This document shows, one piece after another, positions 23,387 through 31,930 of a DNA stretch of 32,000 nucleotides. Under the pieces are notes generated by a model. That model saw only the letters and a list, made by a program, of their open reading frames with translations, searched no databases and was not told the origin of the DNA. The stretch covers positions 630,001-662,000 of the forward strand of contig NC_002937.3 of the NCBI RefSeq assembly GCF_000195755.1, written 5' to 3'. The translations under genes were made by a program, and so were the position numbers. The DNA is from Nitratidesulfovibrio vulgaris str. Hildenborough. GTDB lineage: Bacteria; Desulfobacterota; Desulfovibrionia; Desulfovibrionales; Desulfovibrionaceae. How positions within the stretch are numbered: the stretch's first letter is position 1; every line of letters begins with the position of its first letter.

Positions 23387-26300
23387 ATGACAGTCACACG
23401 CAGACATTTCCTCAAATTGAGCGCCGGGGCCGCCGTGGCAGGTGCTTTCACGGGGCTCGGACTCAGCCTCGCGCCCACGGTGGCGCGGGCCGAGTTGCAG
23501 AAACTCCAGTGGGCGAAACAGACCACATCCATATGCTGCTACTGTGCGGTGGGTTGCGGTCTCATCGTCCATACCGCCAAGGACGGACAGGGCCGCGCCG
23601 TGAACGTCGAGGGCGACCCCGACCATCCCATCAACGAAGGTTCGCTCTGTCCCAAGGGCGCATCCATCTTCCAGCTTGGCGAGAACGACCAGCGCGGCAC
23701 GCAGCCGCTCTACCGCGCCCCCTTCAGTGATACATGGAAGCCGGTGACGTGGGACTTCGCCCTCACCGAGATCGCCAAGCGCATCAAGAAGACCCGTGAC
23801 GCCTCGTTCACCGAGAAGAACGCGGCGGGTGATCTGGTCAACCGCACCGAGGCCATCGCCTCGTTCGGTTCGGCCGCCATGGACAACGAGGAGTGCTGGG
23901 CCTACGGGAACATCCTCCGCAGCCTCGGCCTGGTGTACATCGAGCACCAGGCGCGTATCTGACACAGCCCCACTGTACCGGCTCTGGCAGAGTCGTTCGG
24001 TCGCGGTGCAATGACGAATCACTGGAACGATCTCGCGAACAGTGATTGTATTCTCATCATGGGCAGCAATGCTGCCGAAAACCACCCCATCGCCTTCAAG
24101 TGGGTGCTGCGCGCCAAGGACAAGGGCGCCACGCTCATCCACGTGGACCCGCGCTTCACGCGCACCTCGGCACGTTGCGATGTCTACGCGCCCATCCGTA
24201 GCGGCGCGGACATCCCGTTCCTCGGCGGTCTCATCAAGTACATTCTCGACAACAAGCTCTATTTCACGGACTACGTGCGCGAGTACACCAACGCCTCGCT
24301 CATCGTGGGCGAGAAGTTCTCGTTCAAGGACGGGCTCTTCTCCGGCTACGACGCGGCGAACAAGAAGTACGACAAGAGCATGTGGGCCTTCGAACTCGAT
24401 GCCAACGGCGTGCCCAAGCGCGACCCGGCACTCAAGCACCCGCGCTGCGTCATCAACCTGCTGAAGAAGCACTACGAGCGGTACAACCTCGACAAGGTCG
24501 CCGCCATCACCGGCACGTCGAAGGAACAGCTGCAGCAGGTCTACAAGGCCTACGCCGCCACCGGCAAGCCCGACAAGGCGGGCACCATCATGTACGCCAT
24601 GGGCTGGACGCAGCACTCCGTCGGTGTGCAGAACATCCGCGCCATGGCCATGATACAGCTGCTGCTGGGCAACATCGGCGTGGCGGGGGGCGGCGTCAAC
24701 GCGCTTCGCGGCGAGTCCAACGTGCAGGGTTCCACCGACCAGGGGCTGCTGGCCCACATCTGGCCCGGTTACAACCCCGTGCCCAACAGCAAGGCCGCCA
24801 CGCTTGAGCTGTACAATGCCGCCACGCCCCAGTCCAAGGACCCCATGAGCGTCAACTGGTGGCAGAACAGGCCCAAGTATGTGGCCAGCTACCTCAAGGC
24901 GCTGTACCCGGACGAAGAACCCGCGGCGGCCTACGACTATCTGCCGCGCATCGACGCCGGCAGGAAGCTCACCGACTACTTCTGGCTGAACATCTTCGAG
25001 AAGATGGACAAGGGCGAGTTCAAGGGCCTTTTCGCGTGGGGCATGAACCCCGCCTGCGGCGGCGCCAACGCCAACAAGAACCGCAAGGCCATGGGCAAAC
25101 TCGAATGGCTGGTCAACGTGAACCTCTTCGAGAACGAGACCAGTTCGTTCTGGAAGGGGCCGGGCATGAACCCCGCCGAGATAGGCACCGAGGTCTTCTT
25201 CCTGCCGTGCTGCGTCTCCATCGAGAAGGAAGGTTCGGTGGCGAACTCGGGCCGCTGGATGCAGTGGCGCTATCGCGGGCCCAAGCCCTACGCCGAGACC
25301 AAGCCCGACGGCGACATCATGCTCGACATGTTCAAGAAGGTGCGTGAGCTCTACGCCAAGGAAGGGGGAGCCTACCCCGCACCGATCGCGAAGCTGAACA
25401 TCGCCGACTGGGAAGAGCACAACGAGTTCTCGCCCACCAAGGTGGCGAAACTCATGAACGGCTACTTCCTGAAGGATACCGAAGTGGGCGGCAAGCAGTT
25501 CAAGAAGGGCCAGCAGGTGCCCAGCTTCGCCTTCCTCACCGCCGACGGTTCGACCTGTTCGGGCAACTGGCTGCATGCCGGTTCGTTCACCGACGCGGGC
25601 AACCTGATGGCCCGCCGTGACAAGACCCAGACGCCGGAACAGGCGCGCATCGGCCTGTTCCCCAACTGGTCGTTCTGCTGGCCCGTCAACCGGCGCATCC
25701 TCTACAACCGTGCCTCCGTGGACAAGACCGGCAAGCCGTGGAATCCGGCCAAGGCCGTCATCGAATGGAAGGACGGCAAGTGGGTGGGCGACGTGGTGGA
25801 CGGTGGCGGCGACCCCGGCACCAAGCATCCCTTCATCATGCAGACGCATGGCTTCGGCGCACTGTACGGCCCCGGTCGTGAAGAGGGTCCCTTCCCCGAG
25901 CATTACGAACCCCTCGAGTGCCCGGTGTCCAAGAACCCCTTCTCGAAGCAGCTGCACAACCCCGTGGCGTTCCAGATCGAAGGCGAGAAGAAGGCGGTGT
26001 GCGATCCGCGCTACCCCTTCATCGGCACGACCTATCGCGTCACGGAGCACTGGCAGACCGGCCTCATGACCCGCCGTTGCGCGTGGCTCGTCGAAGCCGA
26101 ACCCCAGATCTTCTGCGAGATCAGCAAGGAACTGGCGAAGCTGCGCGGCATAGGCAACGGCGACACCGTCAAGGTGTCGAGCCTGCGCGGTGCGCTTGAA
26201 GCCGTCGCCATCGTCACGGAGCGCATCAGACCCTTCAAGATCGAAGGTGTCGATGTCCACATGGTGGGCCTGCCGTGGCATTACGGCTGGATGGTGCCGA

Positions 26301-26404
26301 AGAACGGCGGCGACACGGCCAACCTGCTGACCCCGTCTGCGGGCGACCCGAACACCGGCATTCCGGAAACCAAGGCGTTCATGGTGGACGTCCGCAAGGT
26401 CTAG
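23387..26404 (+). CDS. fdhA: Periplasmic formate dehydrogenase catalytic subunit, selenocysteine-containing (TGA 23960-23962 read as Sec)
   Basis: Track ORFs 23387..23962 and 24011..26404 are in the same frame. Read through, the junction gives EHQARI-U-HSPTVPALAESFGRGAMTNHWND, which matches the FdnG/FdhF Sec active-site motif. Tat signal MTVTRRHFLKLSAGAAVAGAF...ARA. 4Fe-4S motif CCYCAVGCG. AGAGGAGG RBS. 1005 aa in total. Confidence 0.95.
23977..24001 (+). promoter_or_regulatory. Candidate bacterial SECIS hairpin
   Basis: Hairpin starting 15-17 nt after the UGA. Pairs are C23979-G23995, G80-C94, G81-U93, C82-G92, U83-A91 and C84-G90, with apical loop UGGCA (23985-23989). An alternative outer helix is ACCG (23977-80) with CGGU (23998-24001). 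The loop sits about 23-27 nt from the UGA, within the usual bacterial SECIS distance. Confidence 0.55.
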
Positions 26405-26415
26405 GGAGGTAGGTC

Positions 26416-27126
26416 ATGGGAAAGATGTTCTTCGTAGACCTGAGCCGCTGCACGGCGTGCCGCGGTTGTCAGATAGCCTGCAAGCAGTGGAAGAACCTGC
26501 CTGCCGAGGAGACTCGCAACACGGGGTCGCACCAGAACCCGCCAGACCTCTCCTATGTCACGCTCAAGACCGTGCGCTTCACCGAGAAGTCCCGCAAGGG
26601 ACCGGGCATCGACTGGCTGTTCTTCCCCGAACAGTGCCGCCATTGCGTGGAACCCCCCTGCAAGGGGCAGGCGGATGTCGACCTCGAAGGGGCGGTGGTG
26701 AAGGACGAGACGACAGGAGCCGTGCTGTTCACTGAACTCACGGCCAAGGTGGATGGCGAGAGCGTGCGTTCGGCGTGCCCCTATGACATCCCGCGCATCG
26801 ACCCGGTCACCAAGCGGCTGTCGAAGTGCGACATGTGCAATGACAGGGTACAGAACGGCCTGTTGCCTGCCTGCGTGAAGACCTGTCCTACCGGGACCAT
26901 GAACTTCGGCGATGAGCAGGAGATGCTCGCCCTCGCCGAGAAGCGTCTTGCGGAAGTGAAGAAGACATACCCCGGTGCGGTGCTGGGCGACCCCAACGAC
27001 GTGCGTGTGGTGTATCTCTTCACCCGTGATCCCAAGGACTTCTACGAACATGCGGTGGCCGACCTCGCGCCATCCATGATGACCCGGCAGCAACTGTTCG
27101 CACGGTTGTTCCGGCCACGTGCCTGA
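26416..27126 (+). CDS. fdhB: Formate dehydrogenase iron-sulfur (beta) subunit
   Basis: 236 aa. Ferredoxin-type clusters CTACRGCQIAC, CRHCVEPPC, CDMCNDR and CVKTCPTG. GGGAGG RBS; the start is 12 nt after the fdhA stop. No TM helix and no signal peptide of its own. Confidence 0.93.
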   Translation: MGKMFFVDLSRCTACRGCQIACKQWKNLPAEETRNTGSHQNPPDLSYVTLKTVRFTEKSRKGPGIDWLFFPEQCRHCVEPPCKGQADVDLEGAVVKDETTGAVLFTELTAKVDGESVRSACPYDIPRIDPVTKRLSKCDMCNDRVQNGLLPACVKTCPTGTMNFGDEQEMLALAEKRLAEVKKTYPGAVLGDPNDVRVVYLFTRDPKDFYEHAVADLAPSMMTRQQLFARLFRPRA

Positions 27127-27332
27127 CCTGCGAGATGACGCGGCGGCGGGTGGAGGGACCGGTAACGGTTGAAAACGCCCGCCCCGCATACGGCGGGAGA
27201 GACCGGGTGGCACAGGCACGAGTTGCCGCGACAGGGTTTCTGCCGAAGAAAGATGCCTGACACGTTCCGCTTCACGGCGGGAGTAAAGGCGACAAAACGC
27301 ATCCCTGCCTCCGGCGCAAGCCAGAGGTTCAG

Positions 27333-27368
27333 CACCGCCCGGGGCGCAAGCCTCGGGCGGTGTCCTTT
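27333..27368 (+). terminator. Strong hairpin, probable fdhAB terminator
   Basis: 13-bp stem, CACCGCCCGGGGC (27333-45) with GCCTCGGGCGGTG (27350-62), including one G-U pair. GCAA tetraloop, followed by TCCTTTAC (short U-tract). Confidence 0.5.
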
Positions 27369-27616
27369 ACGGAACGTCATTTGTGTATGCGGGGACGGGC
27401 GACCCTTGTGTGGCGGTGCGAAGACAGGCTATCGTGCATCAGCCTCCCGAAGACCCGTTGCGACCAGCAGCGTTGCGTGGCTGAAGCCAGCCCCGACCGG
27501 ACAAGCCCGGCAGCTGACTTCATCGCGGCACGACCGGAGGATGTCCGGCACTCATGCCCGGCGAATCCGGCGAGAACCCGGGGGGCGGCATGTCCTCTGC
27601 AGACAAGGAGCAATCT

Positions 27617-28330
27617 GTGAAAGCCATAAGCATCATCGGATTCAAGAATTCCGGCAAGACCACGCTCACGGCACGCCTTGCCGATGCCATCGAGGCGCGC
27701 GGCCTTACGGTGGCCATCGCCAAGCATACCCATCACGGACTCGACAAGCCCGATACCGACACATCCAGACTGATGAAGCCGAAGCGGACAATCATCGGCG
27801 TGGGCGAGGACGAGTGCGCCGTGTTCTGGTCGACGCAACGTCATCTGGCCGACCTTCTCCCCCTCGTGAGGGCCGATGTGCTGCTGGTGGAGGGGGGCAA
27901 GAGCCTTGGCTGGTTGCCGCGCATCCTCTGCCTGCGCGAGGCGGACGAGGTGAAGGCGCTGGACAGGGGACTCGCCCTCGCCACGTGGGGGAAGGTGGGA
28001 GCACCGCCCCTGCCGCACTTCGGCGCAGACGAGATGGACGGTCTGGCGTCGCTGGTGCTGGAACGGGCCTTCCTGCTGCCGGGGCTCGATTGTGGCGCCT
28101 GCGGACAGGAGGATTGCGCCGGTCTCGGGCGTATGGTGGTCGCCGGGGACGCCACGCCGCAGGACTGCTGTTCGGTGGAGGGCGACCTCGCCATCACGGT
28201 CAACGGCCATGCCGTGGGTCTCAACCCTTTCGTCGAGCGCATCGTGGCGGGGGCCTTGCGAGGGATGCTCGCAGAGCTCAAGGGCTTCACCCCGGGCGGC
28301 GATGTCGTCATCCGGATGCCGCGCGGGTGA
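27617..28330 (+). CDS. mobB: MobB-like P-loop protein fused to a Cys-rich (RnfB-type Fe-S) segment
   Basis: MobB N-terminus KAISIIGFKNSGKTTLTARL. I take the start at the GTG at 27617 (AAGGAG RBS 6 nt upstream); the ATGs at 27590 and 27554 remain possible. Downstream segment LLPGLDCGACGQEDCAGLGRMVVAGDATPQDCC. Confidence 0.8.
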   Translation: MKAISIIGFKNSGKTTLTARLADAIEARGLTVAIAKHTHHGLDKPDTDTSRLMKPKRTIIGVGEDECAVFWSTQRHLADLLPLVRADVLLVEGGKSLGWLPRILCLREADEVKALDRGLALATWGKVGAPPLPHFGADEMDGLASLVLERAFLLPGLDCGACGQEDCAGLGRMVVAGDATPQDCCSVEGDLAITVNGHAVGLNPFVERIVAGALRGMLAELKGFTPGGDVVIRMPRG

Positions 28331-28534
28331 CGCCGTGCCCGGAAAAATACCATGCCGGGGCTGGACAGCCTGCGTTGAACTGTTTACTTGTGCAATAGGC
28401 GTCTGATTGTACACTCAACGTGTACGGTTCCGCCTCCCCCTACGCCCGTCGCCCACACGACGGGTTGTGGAGTAGAGAACTCGCGACCACATCCCTTGGT
28501 CGCTTCATCTGCCGGTTCTCGCCTCTTTGCCCTC

Positions 28535-28571
28535 GGGGGCAGGGATGCCCACACCCCTGCCCCCTCCTTTT
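28535..28571 (+). terminator. Rho-independent terminator, 205 nt downstream of mobB
   Basis: 10-bp perfect stem, GGGGGCAGGG (28535-44) with CCCTGCCCCC (28555-64). 10-nt loop, followed by TCCTTTTC. Confidence 0.65.
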
Positions 28572-28813
28572 CAAGCCTGCCTCCACGCCTTGCCATGTCA
28601 CCCGGTGGTCGGACCGGGTGATGTGGTGCGTCGTCCGTACCGCTGAAGCCCCGCGAGCATCCCGTATCCTTCACGGGGCGATGTGCCCGTGTGTGAGGGC
28701 TCGTACGTATTCTCTTCGTGGACCGCAGACTGATATTCGCTGGCCCGTTCTTTTCCTGCTTGCCACGACCAATCCTCCCCATTAGTGATAAGCACATTCA
28801 TTTTGGAGGTTGC

Positions 28814-29122
28814 ATGGATACACGATTACTTGTGGAATTGAGGGAGTATCTCGCCGTGGTCGGGCATGAACCCGGTAAACTGCGCCTCAAGGTCGACCTC
28901 GGGGTGCGCAACCATCCCGCTGCACGCAATCTTGGGGGTGCGGCGGGAGATGTGCCCGGTATCAGGGGCGTGCGCCTCAACATCTTCACGCAGTCGCTGA
29001 CCATCGACTACGACCCGCAGGTCATCGCACCTGCATTGTTTGACGCCGTCTTTTCGGCAACGGATGGGGCGAGTCTTGAAGCAGCGGCACGTGCGCTGCA
29101 TGAAGCGACCATCCGTGTATGA
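28814..29122 (+). CDS. Small HMA2-like (heavy-metal-associated-like, no CxxC) protein
   Basis: 102 aa from MDTRLLVEL. GGAGG RBS 4 nt upstream of the ATG at 28814. The pattern HEPGKLRLKV...VPGIRGVRLNIFTQSLTIDYDP resembles my recollection of the HMA_2 family consensus (H.pGR.Rl.v...gV..v..N....Sl.i.YD). Confidence 0.55.
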   Translation: MDTRLLVELREYLAVVGHEPGKLRLKVDLGVRNHPAARNLGGAAGDVPGIRGVRLNIFTQSLTIDYDPQVIAPALFDAVFSATDGASLEAAARALHEATIRV

Positions 29123-29305
29123 TTCCAGAATAAAACGACTGGCATAGTCATGTGTGCACCGTGAGGGCCGTGTGGGACGCGGGAATATAATGTCCGCGTT
29201 ATGGGCAGAGCGGTTAATAATGGAAAGAGCGGGGCGTCGCATCGTGACAGTCGATGGTGTCGATGTTCCCGTGTTCCGGGGACCATGCAACGGGTAGGGT
29301 GGGGT

Positions 29306-31264
29306 ATGACGCTTGCCAGAAAGCTAATCGTCGGCTTCGGTGCAGTGCTGTTGCTGCTTGTGATCATGGGTGGCGTGTCGTTCAATGCGTTGTCGGAAGC
29401 GGTAGACGGCTTCTCGGACTACCGGCGCATGGCACGGGGCAGCAACCTTGCCGGTGACATCGTCGAACATGTGTTGCTGATGCGCGTGAATGCCGTTTCG
29501 TTCCATGCCAATGGTGAGGAAACGGCGGCCAAGGGGTTCGACAAATCGCGGCAGGACCTTGACGCCACGCTGACCAAGGCTGCCGAGACCATCAAGAATC
29601 CTGAACGCGCACGCCACGTGAAAGAGGCCCGGGACGCGTTCACCCAGTACGCGCAAGCGTTCGAGGCCATGCACAAGGTACAGGTCGAAGGCGAGCGTCA
29701 GAACGGCATCATGTTCGACCTTGGGCCGAAGATGCAGCAGGTGGTGCAGCGCATGCGCGAAGCCGCTGCACGCGATGTCGACCCTTCCCTGCGGGAGAAG
29801 GTCTCTGATATTGCCAGACTTCTCACCGAGACACGGCTCATGACGGCCCGTTTCATGGTCGTGCGCACACCGGAGACCTATGCCGCCGGCAAGGCGGGCG
29901 TTCCTGGGATCGAGTCCGTGCTTGGTCAGCTTCAGGCCGCAGGGGGACCCGGTCTGCGTGAAGGTGCGCACGAACTGGCGCAGCTGTTCCGTCAGTACAT
30001 GGGAGCCTATGAAGTCATGGGCCCTGCCATGCTCAAGGCGGGAGACCTGTTCGACGGCGCACTGGCGACGCACGGGCCCGCCATCGCGGCATCGGCACTG
30101 GCCGTGCGCGAGTCGTATCTGCAGGAACAGAACGCCCTCGGGCCCAAGGTGCAGGCTGCCAACGACATGGCACGCATGGTCGTGGGCGTCCTCGTCGTCG
30201 TGGCCTTGCTGGTGGGCATCGGCACTGCATGGTTCCTCATCCGTTCGGTGCTGGCGCAGTTGGGGGCCGACCCTGCTGAACTTGCCGGAGTGGCCCGCCG
30301 CATCGCCGATGGCGACCTCACGGTGCCGTTCGCGGGTGAGCAGCAACGAGGGGTCTACGCCGACATGAAGCTCATGGCGGGCAACCTCGCCTCGGTCATC
30401 GGCGAAGTGCGTGGAGGTGCAGAGAACGTCGCCGCAGGTAGCGAACAGCTGTCCGCCTCGGCGGAGAGTCTCTCGCAGGGGGCAACGGAACAGGCGGCCT
30501 CCATCGAGGAGATATCGGCCTCCATGGAAGAGATGACGGCCAACATCCGCCAGAACATGGAGAACGCCCGCCAGACCGAGACCATCGCCGTGCAGGCTGC
30601 CGTGGACGCCGAGTCGGGCGGCAAGGCCGTGACCGAGACGGTGGTGGCCATGCGCGACATCGCCGACAAGATATCCATCATCGAGGAGATTGCCCGTCAG
30701 ACCAACCTGCTGGCCCTCAACGCCGCCATCGAGGCTGCGCGTGCCGGTGAGCACGGCAAGGGCTTTGCCGTTGTCGCAGCCGAAGTCCGCAAGCTGGCGG
30801 AACGCAGCGGTGCTGCCGCTGCCGAGATAAGCGACCTTTCGGCTTCCAGTACCGCCGTTGCCGAACGCGCGGGCGAGATGCTCACCAAGATGGTGCCCGG
30901 CATCCGTCGCACGGCCGAACTTGTGCAGGAGATTGCCGCAGCCAGCAACGAGCAGAACGCCGGGGCCGAACAGGTGAACAAGGCCATCGCCCAGCTTGAT
31001 CAGGTCATCCAGCAGAATGCTTCGGCGTCGGAGGAGATGGCTTCGACATCAGAGGAACTCTCCAGTCAGGCCGAGCAGCTGCAAGTGAGTGTGGGCCGTT
31101 TCAAGGTCTCCGATACGGATGCCCCGGCACGGCGCAGACCCGCTCCGGCACGCTCGGGGGCGGTCGCCCACCAGCCGGCCAGACCTGCGTCGGGGCGAAA
31201 GGGCGCAGGCGCTGTTTCGCTCGACCTTGACGGGGATGACGACAGTGATTTCGAACGGTACTGA
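29306..31264 (+). CDS. Methyl-accepting chemotaxis protein (four-helix-bundle sensor, HAMP, MA domain)
   Basis: 652 aa from [23 protein letters not shown] (TM1). Periplasmic helical sensor, then TM2 [22 protein letters not shown] and [12 protein letters not shown]. Highly conserved signalling hairpin [40 protein letters not shown]. The track ORF starts at 29201. Confidence 0.93.
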   Translation: MTLARKLIVGFGAVLLLLVIMGGVSFNALSEAVDGFSDYRRMARGSNLAGDIVEHVLLMRVNAVSFHANGEETAAKGFDKSRQDLDATLTKAAETIKNPERARHVKEARDAFTQYAQAFEAMHKVQVEGERQNGIMFDLGPKMQQVVQRMREAAARDVDPSLREKVSDIARLLTETRLMTARFMVVRTPETYAAGKAGVPGIESVLGQLQAAGGPGLREGAHELAQLFRQYMGAYEVMGPAMLKAGDLFDGALATHGPAIAASALAVRESYLQEQNALGPKVQAANDMARMVVGVLVVVALLVGIGTAWFLIRSVLAQLGADPAELAGVARRIADGDLTVPFAGEQQRGVYADMKLMAGNLASVIGEVRGGAENVAAGSEQLSASAESLSQGATEQAASIEEISASMEEMTANIRQNMENARQTETIAVQAAVDAESGGKAVTETVVAMRDIADKISIIEEIARQTNLLALNAAIEAARAGEHGKGFAVVAAEVRKLAERSGAAAAEISDLSASSTAVAERAGEMLTKMVPGIRRTAELVQEIAAASNEQNAGAEQVNKAIAQLDQVIQQNASASEEMASTSEELSSQAEQLQVSVGRFKVSDTDAPARRRPAPARSGAVAHQPARPASGRKGAGAVSLDLDGDDDSDFERY

Positions 31265-31309
31265 ACGTAGCGGCGGCCCGCAGGACGGGGCGCTCTTTCG
31301 GGGGAAACC

Positions 31310-31831
31310 ATGAGCGAGACGGGTCAGTATCTCACCTTCACCCTTGGGGGAGAGGTCTTCGCCCTCGATATAGGCACGGTGCGCGAAGTGCTCGAACTCA
31401 CCACCGTGACGCGCATACCACGTACACCGGAGTTCATGCGCGGGGTCATCAACCTGCGAGGCCGGGCCGTGCCGGTGCTGGAGTTGCGCCGCAAGTTCCA
31501 GATGCCCGTGGCTGCCGACACGGTGAACACGTGCATCATCATCGTCGAGGCACTTCTTGACGACGAACCCGCCATCATCGGTGCGCTGGTCGATTCCGTG
31601 CGCGAGGTCGTCGAGATTCCGGCGACGTCCATCGAGGCGGCACCGCGCCTCGGCACGGCAATCCGGCAGGACTTCATCAGGGGCATGGGGCGGCAGCATG
31701 AGGGGTTTGTCATCATCCTCGACGGCAACCGCATCTTCTCGGTCGATGAACTCACGGCAGCCGGAGAGGCCGCCGTACTCGACGCCGCACCGTCTTCGTC
31801 CGCGATGCCGGTGGAGGTGCAGACCGGGTGA
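31310..31831 (+). CDS. cheW: Chemotaxis coupling protein CheW
   Basis: 173 aa. Typical CheW N-terminus QYLTFTLGGEVFALDIGTVREVLE...IPRTPEFMRGVINLRGRAVPVLELRRKF. Confidence 0.92.
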   Translation: MSETGQYLTFTLGGEVFALDIGTVREVLELTTVTRIPRTPEFMRGVINLRGRAVPVLELRRKFQMPVAADTVNTCIIIVEALLDDEPAIIGALVDSVREVVEIPATSIEAAPRLGTAIRQDFIRGMGRQHEGFVIILDGNRIFSVDELTAAGEAAVLDAAPSSSAMPVEVQTG

Positions 31832-31900
31832 CGGAGATGCCTGCCGGTTCACGGGGTGGTCCGACGGGCTTCGTCGAGTCGCGTCCGGCCCCGGCGTGAC

Positions 31901-31930
31901 CCTGCAGACACCTGCAGATGCCTGCGGATG
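31901..31930. repeat. Three tandem 10-nt repeats downstream of cheW
   Basis: CCTGCAGACA / CCTGCAGATG / CCTGCGGATG, exactly in tandem. A further CCTGCAGGAT lies at 31946-31955. Confidence 0.6.

Noticed and set aside
23960-23962. The TGA that splits fdhA into two ORFs, considered as a nonsense mutation or pseudogene.
   Set aside because: Both pieces are in the same frame. The codon sits at the exact conserved Sec position (QARI-U-HSPTV), with a hairpin downstream and selenium-related selU in the window. This is recoding, not decay.
23333-26281. 982-aa ORF on the minus strand, the longest in the track.
   Set aside because: It lies exactly antisense to fdhA, whose identity is secured by the Tat signal, Fe-S motif and Sec motif. 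Its translation is low-complexity (Gly/Ala/Arg/Val/His-rich) with no recognisable motif. It is a typical shadow ORF of high-GC DNA.
27176-27197. Hairpin CCCGCC-ccgcatac-GGCGGG shortly after fdhB, considered as the operon terminator.
   Set aside because: No U-tract follows it on the plus strand; the T-run is on the opposite strand, where no gene ends. The stronger hairpin at 27333-27362 is a better terminator candidate.
27204-27226. TGGCACAGGCACGAGTTGCC, a possible sigma-54 promoter upstream of mobB. Similar TGGCA-containing sites occur at 22839-22855, 8384-8400 and 29142-29160.
   Set aside because: The GG-to-GC spacing is wrong at each site (off by 2 to 4 nt from the strict 12-nt register), so none qualifies as a -24/-12 promoter.
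29186-29220. Possible FliA (sigma-28) promoter upstream of the MCP (TATAAT at 29186-29191; GCGGTTAA at 29210-29217).
   Set aside because: GCGGTTAA matches only 6 of 8 positions of GCCGATAA, and no TAAA -35 element lies at the required ~15-nt spacing. The TATAAT hexamer has no recognisable -35 partner either.
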